Source: Callorhinchus milii (lineage: Eukaryota). Taken from it: 64,000 nt of DNA. How positions within the stretch are numbered: the stretch's first letter is position 1; each line of letters starts with the position of its first letter. A program made the translations under genes and the position numbers. Location: the NCBI RefSeq assembly GCF_018977255.1, contig NW_024704758.1:15068001-15132000 (forward strand). Reading direction: 5' to 3'. The notes under the pieces are model-generated. The model searched no databases. It saw only the letters and a list, made by a program, of their open reading frames with translations, and was not told the origin of the DNA. Shown here piece after piece: positions 23,811 to 36,729 of this stretch.

Positions 23811-25496
23811 TCTTCATGTCCCTTATAACAGAGTTTGAGTTTATTGACTCAAATCGCCCTGTTATAACGGGGATCACAATATAACGCAATATGTATTTAT
23901 TACAATACGTTATTGTGGTTGTGAACCTTCTCAAAATGCCACACAATGTATGCGGTGGGAGAGATTACAGTATAATATGATTTAAATCTATAGAGTGCCT
24001 TTTACGCCAGTGCCTTCACAGTGATGGTAAAAAGTGAAAATAACATACAGGTCCTTAATTGTAGATCCAAGCTGAGACCTGTCTCTGCAAAGGCAATGTC
24101 TTTGTTTCCAATGATTGCCTGAAGACAGCTCAATTGTTTTGGTAGAGAGTGCTGAACGTATGTGTAATGAGTATTTAATGGATCTACACTGTAGACCACA
24201 TAAAAAAGAGTAATAGCACTGACAGTTGTGGTCCTGTGGAGATTGTAGAAATACACTGAACTGTGTCCTCTCATTTCTGGAAATCAGTTTTGGTTTAAGG
24301 CCTTTCTCTACTTTTGTGGCTTTATTTATTTAATGGCATTGGCTTCAAAGGTAATTTTGAAACTTTGATCCATTAGACTAACATTACTGGAATGACATTC
24401 ACAGCTCATTCACAGAAACCATTTTTTTTGCTTCCGACCTGATGAAAATTCAGGCACATTATCTCAATTCTGCTGTTGAGAGAACCATTTTCGAGCACCA
24501 ATAACTATTGTCAGCCTGGCTCAGTCGGTAGCACTCTTGCTTCTGAGTCAGAAGCTTGTGGGTTCAAGCCCGACATACGGGTCCTGAAGCTCACAAATGT
24601 AAGGATTAAGTAAGTAGTTCTGTACTGACAACACCATTTTCTTCCCAACCTGCCATTAAATCTAGGGATGATTGATTTTGAGTTTTCCTTAACTCATGCC
24701 TGAGTAATAGCAGCCATTTCCATTGTGACACAACTGTCCCTGGCTTTGATAAAACAACAACAAGATTACATTTGTATAGCACCTTTCATGTCGGGAGGAC
24801 GGCCCAATAAAATGTGGATGAGGTGAACTCAATAAGCGTGTGAGTGTGTGTGTATCTGTGTGTGAGATAGAGAGAGACGCACACACACAGACATGCACAC
24901 ATAGATAGGTGTGGGCCTGAGAGACATCCAAAGAGCAATGTGTTGGCAGTTTCTCTGGTGACTTGGTCTTTCCTTGGAAGCCATCATTCCAGGCATGAAC
25001 CTGAGACATGAGTGTTAAATTTAACAATACAAAAAAAAGCAATTTGGTATCTAATCAATCTAAAGTAGAACAGTTCCCTGGTTCTAGCGCACGTATTTTT
25101 ATATCCCGAGTACAGAAAACAATGTCTAAAGTGCATTCGACCTACTTTGATTCGAAGCGGGCTTTGTAGGCCAGACAATGGAAAGGGCGGACCGTGTGCT
25201 GTAACATCTGCATAGCACATTTTACCGCACATTGTTAGCGCTAAGAGAAAGGAAAATTCCTTTTTTTTTTCCCCCGATTGAAATGGCCTGTGATGGTATT
25301 CTACTCCAAATTCTTATGGAATGCTCAGGGATTCTTCAACAAGACAAAGTGAAAATGCTCTCTGATTTTTTAATGGCGATTTAATGGAAACTAGAAGATT
25401 ATCTTTCTTTCCGTCTTCCATGAGTGTTAACACTGATTTGTTTTTCTCATTAGGTTAACAGCTATGGAAAACGTTTAGCAAACCTGATAGTGTAAT

Positions 25497-25675
25497 GATA
25501 ATTTGGTCATTCAATCTGTGGCTGTTTGTGGGACGCTGCTGTGCGCAATTGGCTGCCGCGTTTTGCCCACAAAGTATACAGTCAATTCACTTTACAATAT
25601 CCTGTGAAGAGCTTTGAGACGTCTCAATGACTTAATAAGGCGTTATATCAAATGCAAGATTATTATTATTATTAT
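25497..25675 (+). mobile_element. SINE family A, 5'-truncated
   Basis: tttggtcattcaatc...ggacgctgctgtgcgcaattggctgccgcg...aaatgcaagattattattatt. Confidence 0.9.
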
Positions 25676-28039
25676 CTTGGTGAGCTGGTGTCTGTCCACA
25701 GTTTCATACGGGACAGTGGCTAAAGCAACTGAACGTTTGAGGGGACACAGAATAAATGCTATTTCAAAGAATATTTCAGTCTTTTTTAAAGTAAGTTTCG
25801 ATGAAAAATGTTGAAAATGTTTAAAAGGAGAGTTTCTCTCTCTCTCTATGTCCTGAAGTGGTTTGGTGAGAAAAACTTTGTGGAACCTAGTTTTTTTTTC
25901 TGTTATGCTGTGTTAAGATGAACGGGTCATGTCTGTGCCCTTTTATAAGCATTCAATAGTACCAGTTGGGAGAGATGAAACCAAAGTCAGTCAAATAAGC
26001 AGCAGGCTTCACGTGACAAGATCTGGCTCTCAGACTCTCTGTGATCCACGTACCTTTGGTTTCAAAGAACAAAAGAATGCATAGCCTGGGAAAGGTACCG
26101 GGGGAGCGAGATAGCAAGCCTGACAGCAGAAGGGATTGCAAGCTTTTTAAAGTGACAAGTTTGAGTTAAATTAGTGAAAACAACGGCGCTAATTTTTGCT
26201 GCAGCGATTTCCCAGCAGAAACGTTTGGAGAGCTCCAATCGCTGAGCTCTAAAGGCTGTTGCTTATAGGGTTTTAAGTGGCCTGTCTGTTAGATTATGCT
26301 TATTAATTGCAGATGGAATTCTTCTGCTGATGATATTGTCTTTGAAGAGCTAGTTAGGACTGACAGCTGACCTTTAGCTAGGCTGCTACGACTTATCATT
26401 TATCCCCAATTCAGCTGGTCTCTCTTTCTGCATCAAACCCTGGTTGTCTGCAACTGCAAAGCTGAATTGTCAGAAATGATAAATGAGTAATGCGCGATTT
26501 ACATTTATAGAGCATCTTTCATGTCGGCAAGCCGTCTCAAAGTGCTATACGCACCTGATGCGGTGGGGGTGGAGTTGGCAGCTAAGGACGGTGTTCAGGG
26601 GGAATGATGACTGAAAATGGGGTCAAAGAGGTACATCTTGATGCAGGTCGAACATGAGGAGGGAGTGAGTGAGGGAGTGATTACAGGCTGGTCTTTGTGA
26701 ATTTGCAGATGTGTTGCCTATTACCTGTTCTGTAGGATCTGCTCAATTTCCAACTTTATAATTGAGGTGTTGAGGTGGGTTTGGTTATTCTCTGTTCATG
26801 CGTTGAATCAATTAGAGCGATGGTTACTCCGATTGTTTTCGTTCGTAATGAACCAATGCTTCCATTTTCCATTTTAATTTCCTCCTCAAAATAGTTGTTT
26901 GACTCGAATAATCCCTCAAGCAATAACGGATATTAATAAGAGGTGTCAATCTCACACCGACCCTAACCCAACTGAGCTAACTTCTAACTATGGCTATTAA
27001 TCGTGCTTGCGTTTGCCTACAAAATATACAGTCACATCACTTTGCAGTGGATCCTGTGAAGTGCTTTGAGACATGAGAGATGCTAGATCAAATATAAGAT
27101 TATTCTGAATTCCATTCCCTCTTGTTCTACCGGCCATGGATAAAGCCCGACTGCAGAGACAAGGCACTGGAGGGAGAGCACTGACTTTCCTAATGGGTTG
27201 AACTTGAAGTGTCACTGTTCTATGAGATGAGATGGAGATATATCTTTGCACAAAATGTATACCTCACACACTTTGGGTGAAAAATGCAGTGTTTGATGTG
27301 ACTGTAGTAGGAGGGGAAGGGAGGGGGAATTAGGGAAACCAGTCAAGAAGCTTCTGGAAAGAAGGCGAGGTAAAAAAATCGGAGGAGGATAATTGGCAAA
27401 ACTGAAGCAGTACAAGAATTGAGCAGAAGCACTGCATTACTGAAGCAGTTTGTGATGAAGTAACAGCTGACTGCTCCTAAATATAAGCCAGGCGGGCAGT
27501 TTCCTAATGGGCTCCATGCTATTTATTTGATGATGAAAAGGGTCTTTGAAAACCATTTGGGCTAGATTTATTTTGCAATTAAAGGCTCATTTTCTCCATC
27601 TCAAATGCTATGTGACTGATACAACATTGCTCGATCCCGATTCTCTTCATTTTAGTAGTCAGTAATTGTCCTTGATGCAGCAATTTGTGATTTTTTTTCC
27701 TCCAAAAAAACTGGATTTGAATTTGAGGTCTGTGGTTTCAGTAAACATTTCGTTACATCTTTTTCTCCCAGATTTCCTGGCCAACAACATCGCCCACCCC
27801 TACACCCCAATTAAAAATGTTAACAATCATTCCCTTCATGCATGGCTGCTTATGGGAACATTGCTGTGCCACAAAATACGCAGTCACTATGCTTCGCAGT
27901 AAAATCCTGGGAAGCACTTTGAGCTGCGATCCTCCCTATACAAAAGGCACACTGTCAAAGACTAGGATTATCATTTGAAGTTTTCCCTCACTTACCCACT
28001 GATTCTAATGCTTCTCTTTATCACCCGTTCTTTATTCAG

Positions 28040-28290
28040 GCAATAAGCTGGGTTCTATAAGATCACGGCTGATCTGTACCTCAACTCCAGTTACCCGCCT
28101 TTGCCTCCTATCCCTTGATATCCGGACCTACCAAATATCTATCTATCTCAGTCTTGAAAATGTAAATGGATCCAGCCACATCCACAGCCTCTTGTGGGAG
28201 GGAGGGAGGTCCAGATTTCCACTGCCCTTTGGGTGAAAAACCGCCTCTTGATTTCACACCTAAACGGCCGAGCTCTAATTTAAGACTATG
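28040..28290 (-). mobile_element. CR1 LINE 3' fragment
   Basis: Minus-strand translation SLPQEAVDVAGSIYIFKTEIDRYLVGPDIKG matches the CR1 ORF2 end at 1-372. Confidence 0.85.
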
Positions 28291-28995
28291 CTTCCAGCAT
28301 GAACATACATAGCCCGCACCAGAGTTGAAGCAGTTGCTCGTGTACATTGTGGAAGTTTAAACACACATTTGTCGGATGATTAAAAGCCAGTTGATTGCAT
28401 TCTCACTATAATGGTTGAAGCTGGATTTCCCAGCCAAGCTCTGTGACTATTGTGAGAAACAGAGACGACTTCAGCTCAAAGCAGACGTGACCCAGTTACA
28501 GATTTTTCATCTTGTGTCTAATTACCGCCATCATCTGAAGATAATTTCAAACCTTTTTGTTATTTCCTTTTCTGCTTGCCTCTCGTAATTGCTTTCACCC
28601 GGTTTTCGACTAATTCTATTATGAAACTCAGTGACTTTCGGGACCTGAAGTCTTTTCATGTTCTGATGTTTTCATGCTCCAGTCCAGCCTCAAATTTAGG
28701 AAAAACAGTCTGAAATACAGGCTGAATTACCAAAAAAAAGGCCTCAGGATTTACTTCTAATTATCCCCACACTTAATATTGCACCTGCAAGTTCTGAAAG
28801 AGCACTCCGGGTAATTGCTATCAAGTGTAGTGACTGTGTTTGGCATAGTCAATGCGACATTGTTTACTGTAAAGTGCAGCGAGTGTGTATTTTGTTGGTG
28901 AACCTGGAACCCAATTTGCCCCACAAACAGCCTTGAAGGGAGACTTAAGACCAGTTTTATTTGGGAGATTCCAGCCCAGGATACAGAGAGGTGGA

Positions 28996-29104
28996 TATAA
29001 TAATAATCCTTGCATTTGATACAGCGCCTTCTCACATCTTCGAGGCGTCTCAAAACGCTTCACAGAATACACTGTAAAGTGAATTGACTGTGTATTTTGT
29101 GGGC
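28996..29104 (-). mobile_element. SINE family A, 3' fragment
   Basis: Reversed tail taataatccttgcatttgatacagcgccttctcacatcttcgaggcgtctcaaaacgcttcacag. Confidence 0.88.
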
Positions 29105-30639
29105 AGATGAAGGGAAAGGTAGTTAACCCTCAGCTTTGCCATTGCTCTAGATGAGTGAAAGGGGGTGGAGTGGAACTAGTACCTGTTTTAACGGTGAAGA
29201 ACAGGGCAAGAACAGCAACAACTACTAGTGACAACTCCACTGTTGTTCACAGCAGAGAAATTCCATTAGGGAACGGAGAGAAGAGAAAAGAGGTCAGGAA
29301 ATTCTTAATCACCAGAAGTCTAAAAATAAAAGCGGATGGCAAACAAGTCACAGGTCCTGAAGATGTCTTTCTCTGCCGTGTTTCTTTGGAATAAACACAA
29401 AGCCATTTGCATTTTTATATATTTTTTTTATTTGGGAGTGTAACCCCGTCATTTGTCTCACAGGCATAGCTGCTAGGCGGCAAAGCAAGCTTTTAAGTTC
29501 GTGAATAATGGGGTTGTCTTGCGCTCTGACTCTTTTTAAATAAAATAAACCAGTAGCGGAGTATTAAAATATGAAGATGATTCGATTGCCCTGACCTAAA
29601 ATTATCCCATGCTTGCTGGTATACTATAGCGGCAGCCTGGTGGAATGCTTAGCACTGAGGTCTGCACAGCCGTGAGCGTGGGAGTGAAATATAATGTCAG
29701 GGACCCATCACTGAGATCAGTGTTTAAAGTGAGTTCAAAAAGCGCTCCAGCATTCAAACCATGATGAGATAATAATAATAATAATGCCTCCATTTGATGT
29801 AGCGCCTTATCACATTGTCAAAACGTCTCAAAGTGCTTCACGTGATTTACTGTAAAGACGAGTGACTGTGTATTTAACTAAAGCAAATTGATTAAACAAG
29901 GTTGGAGCGGGTGGGGGGCTGCCTCAAAACTCCACTTGGGTCTAGTTTTGATCTATTAGTTTTTCAGAGCAGAGTCAACCATTTATTTGAATGGAAAGCA
30001 ATGATCTGTCAAAATGTCATATAGCCTCTCAGCAAGAAAATTGGCAAATTGGCTGCTGCGTTCACCTACAAATACAATCATTAAACTTCACCATAAAATC
30101 CCGCAAAGCGCTTTGGGACATGATAAGACACTCTGTCAAATACAAAGATTATTCTTATTTTAACCTCTCGCCCAGTAAATACTCGAGTGAAAAAATTCCT
30201 GTGCTTTATAGTGCCCTTTCACATTGGCAAGACATCCGAAATGCACTGCGCAGATTTTTACATTTTGTGGACGAACACATCAGCCGATTTGCGCACAGCA
30301 ATGTCCTACAAACAGCCAGACAGTGAGTCCCTGGGGGAGAGAGAGAAACTCCTTTCCCTTTTCAAACAGTGCATATTTTGCATGAAGGTGTTGAGAAGAG
30401 TGAACCTCTTTATACGTAAGGAGCGTTCGAAATGGTCAGGCTCCACCAGTGTTTATCAGTTATTCCCCCCAAAATATTAATTTGGCCTGTTAGTAAATGC
30501 TGTGGGTGAGCCTTATACCTTTCAAAGTCCACGTAAAAATATTTCAGCACCGCGATACCGACCGGGGTATTAAAACAGAATGAAAAATAGCTGGAGAATG
30601 TTAATGGGATCATTGTGGCATTTTTGTATTTAATAATTT

Positions 30640-30900
30640 TTTTGAAATACAGGCTCCTAAAAGATTAATGGCCTTTTTAGTGCCATTCATTTATTCTGCT
30701 CGTGAAGCGCTTTTAACTCGCCAGTTTAATCTTTCGGTGATTGACAGAGCGGCAGAGAATACTTCCTCTTATGCTTCTGCGCTGCGGGAAGCTGTGTGTG
30801 TGTGGAGCATCATTAAAGGACAATTCCCAGTGAATAAAATTGGTGCTTGGCTGTTTTTACACTGAGCAAGAGGGCCAGACTCGTTTGCATTTTGCAAAGG
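30640..30900. promoter_or_regulatory. Candidate conserved non-coding element with a PBX-MEIS/PREP decamer
   Basis: Repeat-free block containing TGATTGACAG at 30738-30747 and several TAAT/ATTA cores. Conservation not tested. Confidence 0.35.
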
Positions 30901-31196
30901 AGCTGCTTCTGCTCTTTGCCGGTCTCCCCAACTCCACCACCACACACCCGCTCAGCACTGTGCTCTGCCACTGATAAGCGCTCTAGCACGCCACCGTGCA
31001 TGTGGGCGCGCTGTGTGAATGCAAGTTGTTGTTGCTTCCTGTGCTGCTGCTGAAAGATAAAGGATGAACTGAAGTAAAGGAGCAGAATCAGCTGGTACCA
31101 AGTTAGCTGTGTGCCAGGAAATAAGAAAATAATGGAAAGAATTGCAAGGTGGGGAAGCGAGTCGTTGAGGGGAACTGTGAGGCATGAGGAAGTGTA

Positions 31197-31522
31197 TTAA
31201 TAAAATAATAATAATGATCCTTGCATTTGATATAGCACCTCACCATGTCTTCGCGACGTCTCAAAGTGCTTCACAGAATATACTGTAAAGTGAATTGACT
31301 GTATATTTGTGGACGAAAGGCGGCAGCCAATTGCGCACAGCAATGTCCCACAAACAGCCATGGATTGAAGTGACCAATTTTTTTGGTGTATTTTTTTTCT
31401 TGAGGGATTACTATCAGGCACGTGGAACAAGGAAACTCACCCAAGGTTTCGCCCTGCCGGGAATCGAACCCAGGTCTCTCGCTTGCGAGGCGAGTGCTCT
31501 AACCACTGAGCTACAGGACTCC
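31197..31522 (-). mobile_element. SINE family A, full length, short subfamily, near-intact tRNA cloverleaf head
   Basis: Head 31449-31520 folds as a tRNA-like cloverleaf (anticodon CGC); gcctgatagtaatccctc junction; body and tail. Confidence 0.93.
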
Positions 31523-32349
31523 ACTTTGGGGTATTGTATCAAGTGATGTCTTTGTGTTACGATGTACTCGCCTGAAACCTATGTGTGTAAGTGCTGAAGC
31601 TGCCTTAAGGCTAATGGGGTGCATGCTTGTGACCTGTGATGAGTTAATTATCCTCAGTGATGATTGTCACATCCGTCGCTGAATGCTACCAAAGAGACAA
31701 GGTCCATAACTAAAGACTGACTGTGGGTGATCACCCCCCACCTCACCCCACCTTCCACAACATTTATTTGGGGGATTGTTGGCCAGGACACTGGAACAGG
31801 CATGATGCACTGAATGGTTTTCTCATGTACATCCCTGTGGTTTTAACATGTAAAAGGACATTTTCCACAAGTGGGGAAAAAAACACCACGGCATCAATGA
31901 GCTCCCTCATATGGAGCGGTGTAAATGAGGCTGGAAATGATTTAATGGCCAGGCTGCCATTTATTTTTTTAAATTACTTTTTAACCTTGGCTACCCTTTA
32001 GCAATTTTATTTTATAAGTGGAATCTTAAAGCAGCAAGTGACAGGGACACTTGTCTTCTTTGTTCCATTATTTCTCCCCGTACATTACAGGTCTTATTAT
32101 GTTGCGAGTTGTTCAATTAGCATCCCATTGACCGGCTCGGATTAATATAGGTTTCTCATGTTGAAATAAGAAAAGCTGCCTTATTCCCCCGTTACGACTT
32201 TTAAGTGGATTAATTGCACTTGCGTTTGCTTTAATGAGAGACAAGTTTCAGTTGTGATAAAGCGTTATCTGACTCTGCTGGGTACCAACCTTGACAGAGC
32301 CCAAGCATACAGAGTGACATAATAGGCCGGCTTGGGTGACATGCTTCAA

Positions 32350-32555
32350 GCATTAGACTGTGTGGAGGAGTTTGTCTTACCCGACAAAGCTCTCAATGGC
32401 GAGCTGTGCAGGTTTGGCTGGTAATAACTCCAGCAGCTACCCCCAAACCACACTCTGGACTTCCCCAAGCCTTGGCTCTCCGTGCCTGATACTCTGCGGA
32501 ATTTAGGTAAGCATCTTGCCCATCTCTGGGGGAGACAGTGTGGTTCCCATTACAG
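32350..32555 (+). repeat. Second copy of the unclassified repeat
   Basis: caatggcgagctgtgcaggtttggctgg...actccagcagctacc...cacactctg...agccttggct...gaatttaggtaag matches 5980-6110. Confidence 0.6.
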
Positions 32556-33089
32556 ACACAGGAACATTTCTACATTTAGGTGGCAAACAAATGTGAAACT
32601 CTCTGCCAGTTTTAAGCACGGCGATGTGTTTGTGCGTGTGTCAGCCACCTGCCTGCCTGTTGGAACTAGAAGCGTAAATGCGTTTTTAATTTTCATTAAC
32701 ATTACCTAATAACATCATTTTTCTGCGGTTTAAGGGAGGGGACGCTGGGATTAATACAATTAGTGGTGAGCGATTCCCTCATAATTATTTTGACTTCGAG
32801 GCCATCAGATTAAAAAACATCTTTTCCCCTATTGAATGATGGACGTTTGCTAGGCACTCACTCTCTCGATGGAATTTGATCTGAAATGTTGTCAGACATC
32901 GTGGTGATGGAAGGGTGAGTGATGGTCACAGGGCTTCCCTTCCTCCCACATATGCACACACACATTAGACGAGTAGACCTGGGTTTGTTTTCTGTGCAGG
33001 AGGGCGAAACGTTGGGCAAGTTTCCTTATGGGACACTCGTCCCCTCCCAGTGCCCACTTGTTCTGCATGTGTTCACCTCGCATCGTGTG

Positions 33090-33410
33090 ATCTCGAGCCA
33101 CTTGCACACAGACATGTCCCACAAACCACCGGACGTTGCAGTGAATAACCAATCTGTTTGTGGGCCAGGACACCAGGAGAAACTCTTCTCTTGTGTCAAA
33201 TAGTGCCATGGGATCTTTAAGGTGCACCCGAACAGACAGATGAGGTTCTCAGTTTAACGTCTCATTCGAAGGATGACCACTGACGATGCAGCAATACCCC
33301 CAGGGCTGTATTGGACCATCAGCTTGGAGTGAGTTCAACGTCCTGCTGTTCAATCTACAACGTTCTGATTCAGATGTTGGAGAGTGCTTACCAACTGAGC
33401 CTGGCTGACA
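33090..33410 (-). mobile_element. DeuSINE-type family B, near full length
   Basis: Reversed head gtcagccaggctcagttggtaagcactc and core aatagtgccatgggatctttaa...gtttaacgtctcattcgaagg. Confidence 0.8.
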
Positions 33411-33886
33411 TCCTTGAATGAAGCTGTATGTGATACAATAGCTGCAAGCTCAACTCTTATGGTAATGTATTCATTGAAAAATTAATACACAGTTGGTACA
33501 ATTTCCTTACGGCTGCACAGGCTGAACATTCTCATTCTTATATATTTTGGGGGCAGGAAGAACCTTAGCTGTTTTCTTAAAAAAAAAACATTTTGGGCAA
33601 CGTGACAGTAAATAACACTGGTGGGCATTGCTGCTCTCGTGTAAACTCTCAAATTATGGTGTTGGGAGGGATAAACTCTAATCAAATCGAGTTGCCGGAG
33701 AAGAAAAAATCCATTAGAAACCTTGTCAAGCAATTGTTACCTCAGGGGCTGAATATGTAAATACTTGAAGGGAAATATGTTCTGCACTTCAGCTAAGTAT
33801 TTCTTAGCACATCATTTTGGGGAAACTGTGTTGAGACAATTACAAATGATTTACGACTGTCAGCTTTCCACAGCACATTCCAACCC

Positions 33887-33946
33887 AGTGACTGACTGAT
33901 TGACTGACACTGACACTGACTGACACACTGACTGACACTGACTGAC
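33887..33946. repeat. Compound (ACTG)n/(ACTGAC)n microsatellite
   Basis: cagtgactgactgattgactgacactgacactgactgacacactgactgacactgactgac. Confidence 0.85.
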
Positions 33947-33999
33947 GCTATCACCCACAGTGATCTACGTTGTTGGGATTGAGATTGGCTAATGATGAT

Positions 34000-34172
34000 G
34001 ATGATAATAATAATAATCTTTACATTTGATGTAGTGCCTTTCACGTCAGGAGGACGTCTCAAAGCGCTTCACAGGATTCACTGTAAAGTACCAGCTAAAG
34101 TGATTGCGTATTTTGTAGTCGAAACTTGGCAGCTGATTTGCATCCTGGCAGCGTCCCACAAACAGCCATAAA
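34000..34172 (-). mobile_element. Deu-body SINE 3' half with an L2-type tail loop
   Basis: Reversed ggctgtttgtgggacgctgcc...gcgctttgagacgtcctcctgacgtgaaaggcact. Confidence 0.82.
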
Positions 34173-34269
34173 GTGAATGATCGATTTGATCCAAGAGCTT
34201 GTTGGCCAGGCACCAAGGAGGGAATCACTTCTCTTTTTGAGTAGAAATGGACACAGACGAGGTCTCAGG

Positions 34270-34386
34270 GTACCAAGGGATATGGGGCAAGAGCAGGTAA
34301 TTGGAGTTGAGGTACCAATCAGCCATGATCTTATAGAATGGCAGAACAGGCTCGAGGGACTGAATGGCCTCCTCCTGTTTCTATTT
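34270..34386 (+). mobile_element. CR1 3' fragment
   Basis: caagggatatggggcaag...atcagccatgatcttatagaatggcagaacaggctcgagggactgaatggcctcctcctgt. Confidence 0.87.
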
Positions 34387-35799
34387 TATCCAACACCACT
34401 GTTGGCTCTTAAGCCTCAAAACCCTCTATTAACATTAAAAAAAGTTTATGAAAACCCTTGTACCTACCTGCATAAATGCCAATAGATGTTACGATTAAAA
34501 CAGAGTAGATATTTTCACTGGGAGTAAAGATTTTTTTTTTGGAGAGCTTCCAGGCATTGTCTTTTCCAGTTGGCGTGATGTGGTCACAGTGTATCCTGGC
34601 TGTCTGGCATACAACACAACAAGGTGTTGTATTGTGTGATGGTTTTATTATATCATTGCAGAATAACTCAGGCAAGCCAGGCAAATTGACAAAAAATCCC
34701 AAATTATACAATAAAACTGGAAAATAATAGGCACAGCGCAGCCGAGGGAAGAAAACCTAATAAATAATGTATTTACACGACCAGCCTGATCGAAGCAGTA
34801 AAGCAGCAAAATTTGTAGGCTTGCAGTAAGAAGCCAATAAACTATTTCTATGCACACATAACTCGTAAAGTTATGTAAAATAAAGTTTTAAACAAAGTAC
34901 CTTCTCTTAGAGAGAGTGTGCACGTCAGCGAGACTCAACAAGGAGATCTTTCAGGGAAGACACCAGCCTTTCTTCACAGAGGATGATTCATGGCTTACCA
35001 GGAAAAAAGCTTGGACTTGACTTGATGTTGCATTGCACATCATTGCATGTATATTTATTTTGATAGATGTTGGGATGTAGGAGGACATCACTGTGCACAA
35101 ATTGCGGTTGTTTATATATATTTATACATGCAAATTACACGGTCGAAGAGACGAGGCTTGATTTCTTGATTCTGAAAGAACTTTTGACACTTGCTTTGAT
35201 CAAGCTTCTAAGCCCAGGATATTGATATTTTCCTCTCGGAGCGCAAATAGGTTATCAGAGCTCGAGGATCATTAAGCATTAGGATGTTCCTGACTGCGTT
35301 CTAACCCGATTGGAAAAATCCTAACACTCCTCTTTCACTTTTTATGAGCCTCATTTAGTCTCCTACGGTGAGTTCGTAAAATATATATTTTTTCACTATT
35401 AAAAACAAGACTATCAATTTTGCATTTCACTGTGTGATCTGAATTCTGTTCTATGCTGGTGCACTCCAATTATTTCAGAAAGGCAGTTTTATCTCCACAT
35501 AACCATTAAACATCATCCTAGCTCTCTCTGTATTACATTTTAAATTAACACTGTGGTTTCACTAAGACATCCATCTTGTGTTTTAAGTCTTTATTAATCT
35601 TGTCTCCAGTTGAGATGTAAGCTGCTTTTATTTAGACTTCATATAGGATTTCCGATCTGTGAAACAAAGGAATAATGTGGCAAGATTACATCTCGTCTTA
35701 AAGACCTTGCATATTTATTAGCCCCTCAGCATGTCCAAGTGCCTGCACAACCTTCACAGTTAATTACAATCAACTCTTTCTGAAGGCATTTTTGCATCC

Positions 35800-35972
35800 A
35801 ACAAGGTCCCATAACGTGAATGACCAATTTCTCGGGAGAATCTTGCCTTGCTTTTTTGAGCAGGGCCATCCTGCCCCACTTGAAAAGATGCAGACGTGAC
35901 CACAGTTTAACATCTCATCTAAATGACGGCACCTCCGAAAACGCAGCACCTTCCCAGCTCGAGTGTCAGCCA
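35800..35972 (-). mobile_element. DeuSINE-type family B fragment
   Basis: gtttaacatctcatctaaatgacggcacctccgaaaacgcagcac...gagtgtcagcc. Confidence 0.7.
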
Positions 35973-36729
35973 AGATCCGAGCTCCGTCAGTTAGGCTTTG
36001 ACAGTAACTTTAACAAAATTGAAACCATTCGGTTTTTGGCATTTGTTCTTGATTTATATTTGAGTAAAAGTTTTTTTTTGAGGTTGTGTCTAGAATCTCG
36101 TGGAGGCAGGGAGACTTTTAGGTCGATTATTAGTGGATTTTTGGGCAAACAACAGAGGGAAAAAAAGAAGGGAATTCATTCAGTCTCAGATTTGCATTCT
36201 CATCTCAACGTTTCCGCCACAGTTTGTAGCAACGATAGTGAGAGGGGGATTGACAGCTGCAATCTGAAGACTTCCTTTGCTGCAGTGGCTCAAAAAGAGG
36301 ACAGGGAATTCAAGTCATCTAAGTGTTAAAGGTAAGAATTCTTTGAATGATTTCCAGAACAGCATTGCCCAGAACAAAACAGATCAACCCAGAGATAGAC
36401 TGTAACATTGAACAGCCACAGAGAAGAAATAGAACTGTTCAGTGTCATACGTATTCCTACCAAATGATACGAGATAATAATAATCCTTGCATTTGATTGA
36501 GTCAAGTCCAAACTTCTCAAAGCGTTTTCACAGAGTTTTCTAAAGGCTTCAGTGAACAATCAATAAACTAAGCCGGCATCCTGACATGAAAGGTATTCTA
36601 CCGAATTCAAAGATGGTAAAGCTGATACTCCAAGGCAATGTCGAAGAGCCAGTCCTTCAGATGAAATGTTAGACCAAGGTCTTAAAAGTGCAATGGTTTT
36701 AGGTTTCAATACTATGAGGAAGGAGGATA

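Noticed and set aside
23335..23946. Longest ORF in the track (203 aa, minus strand)
   Set aside because: No recognisable domain, non-ATG start, and it crosses a poly-T run and a hairpin; consistent with chance.
20121..29272. Recurring TTCCTAATGGG-like word (about 20124, 27187, 27501, and a reversed variant near 29262)
   Set aside because: No flanking similarity; some 11-mers are expected to recur this often in 64 kb.
33887..33946. Regularly repeated units suggestive of an array
   Set aside because: Simple microsatellite with no unique spacers; not CRISPR-like.
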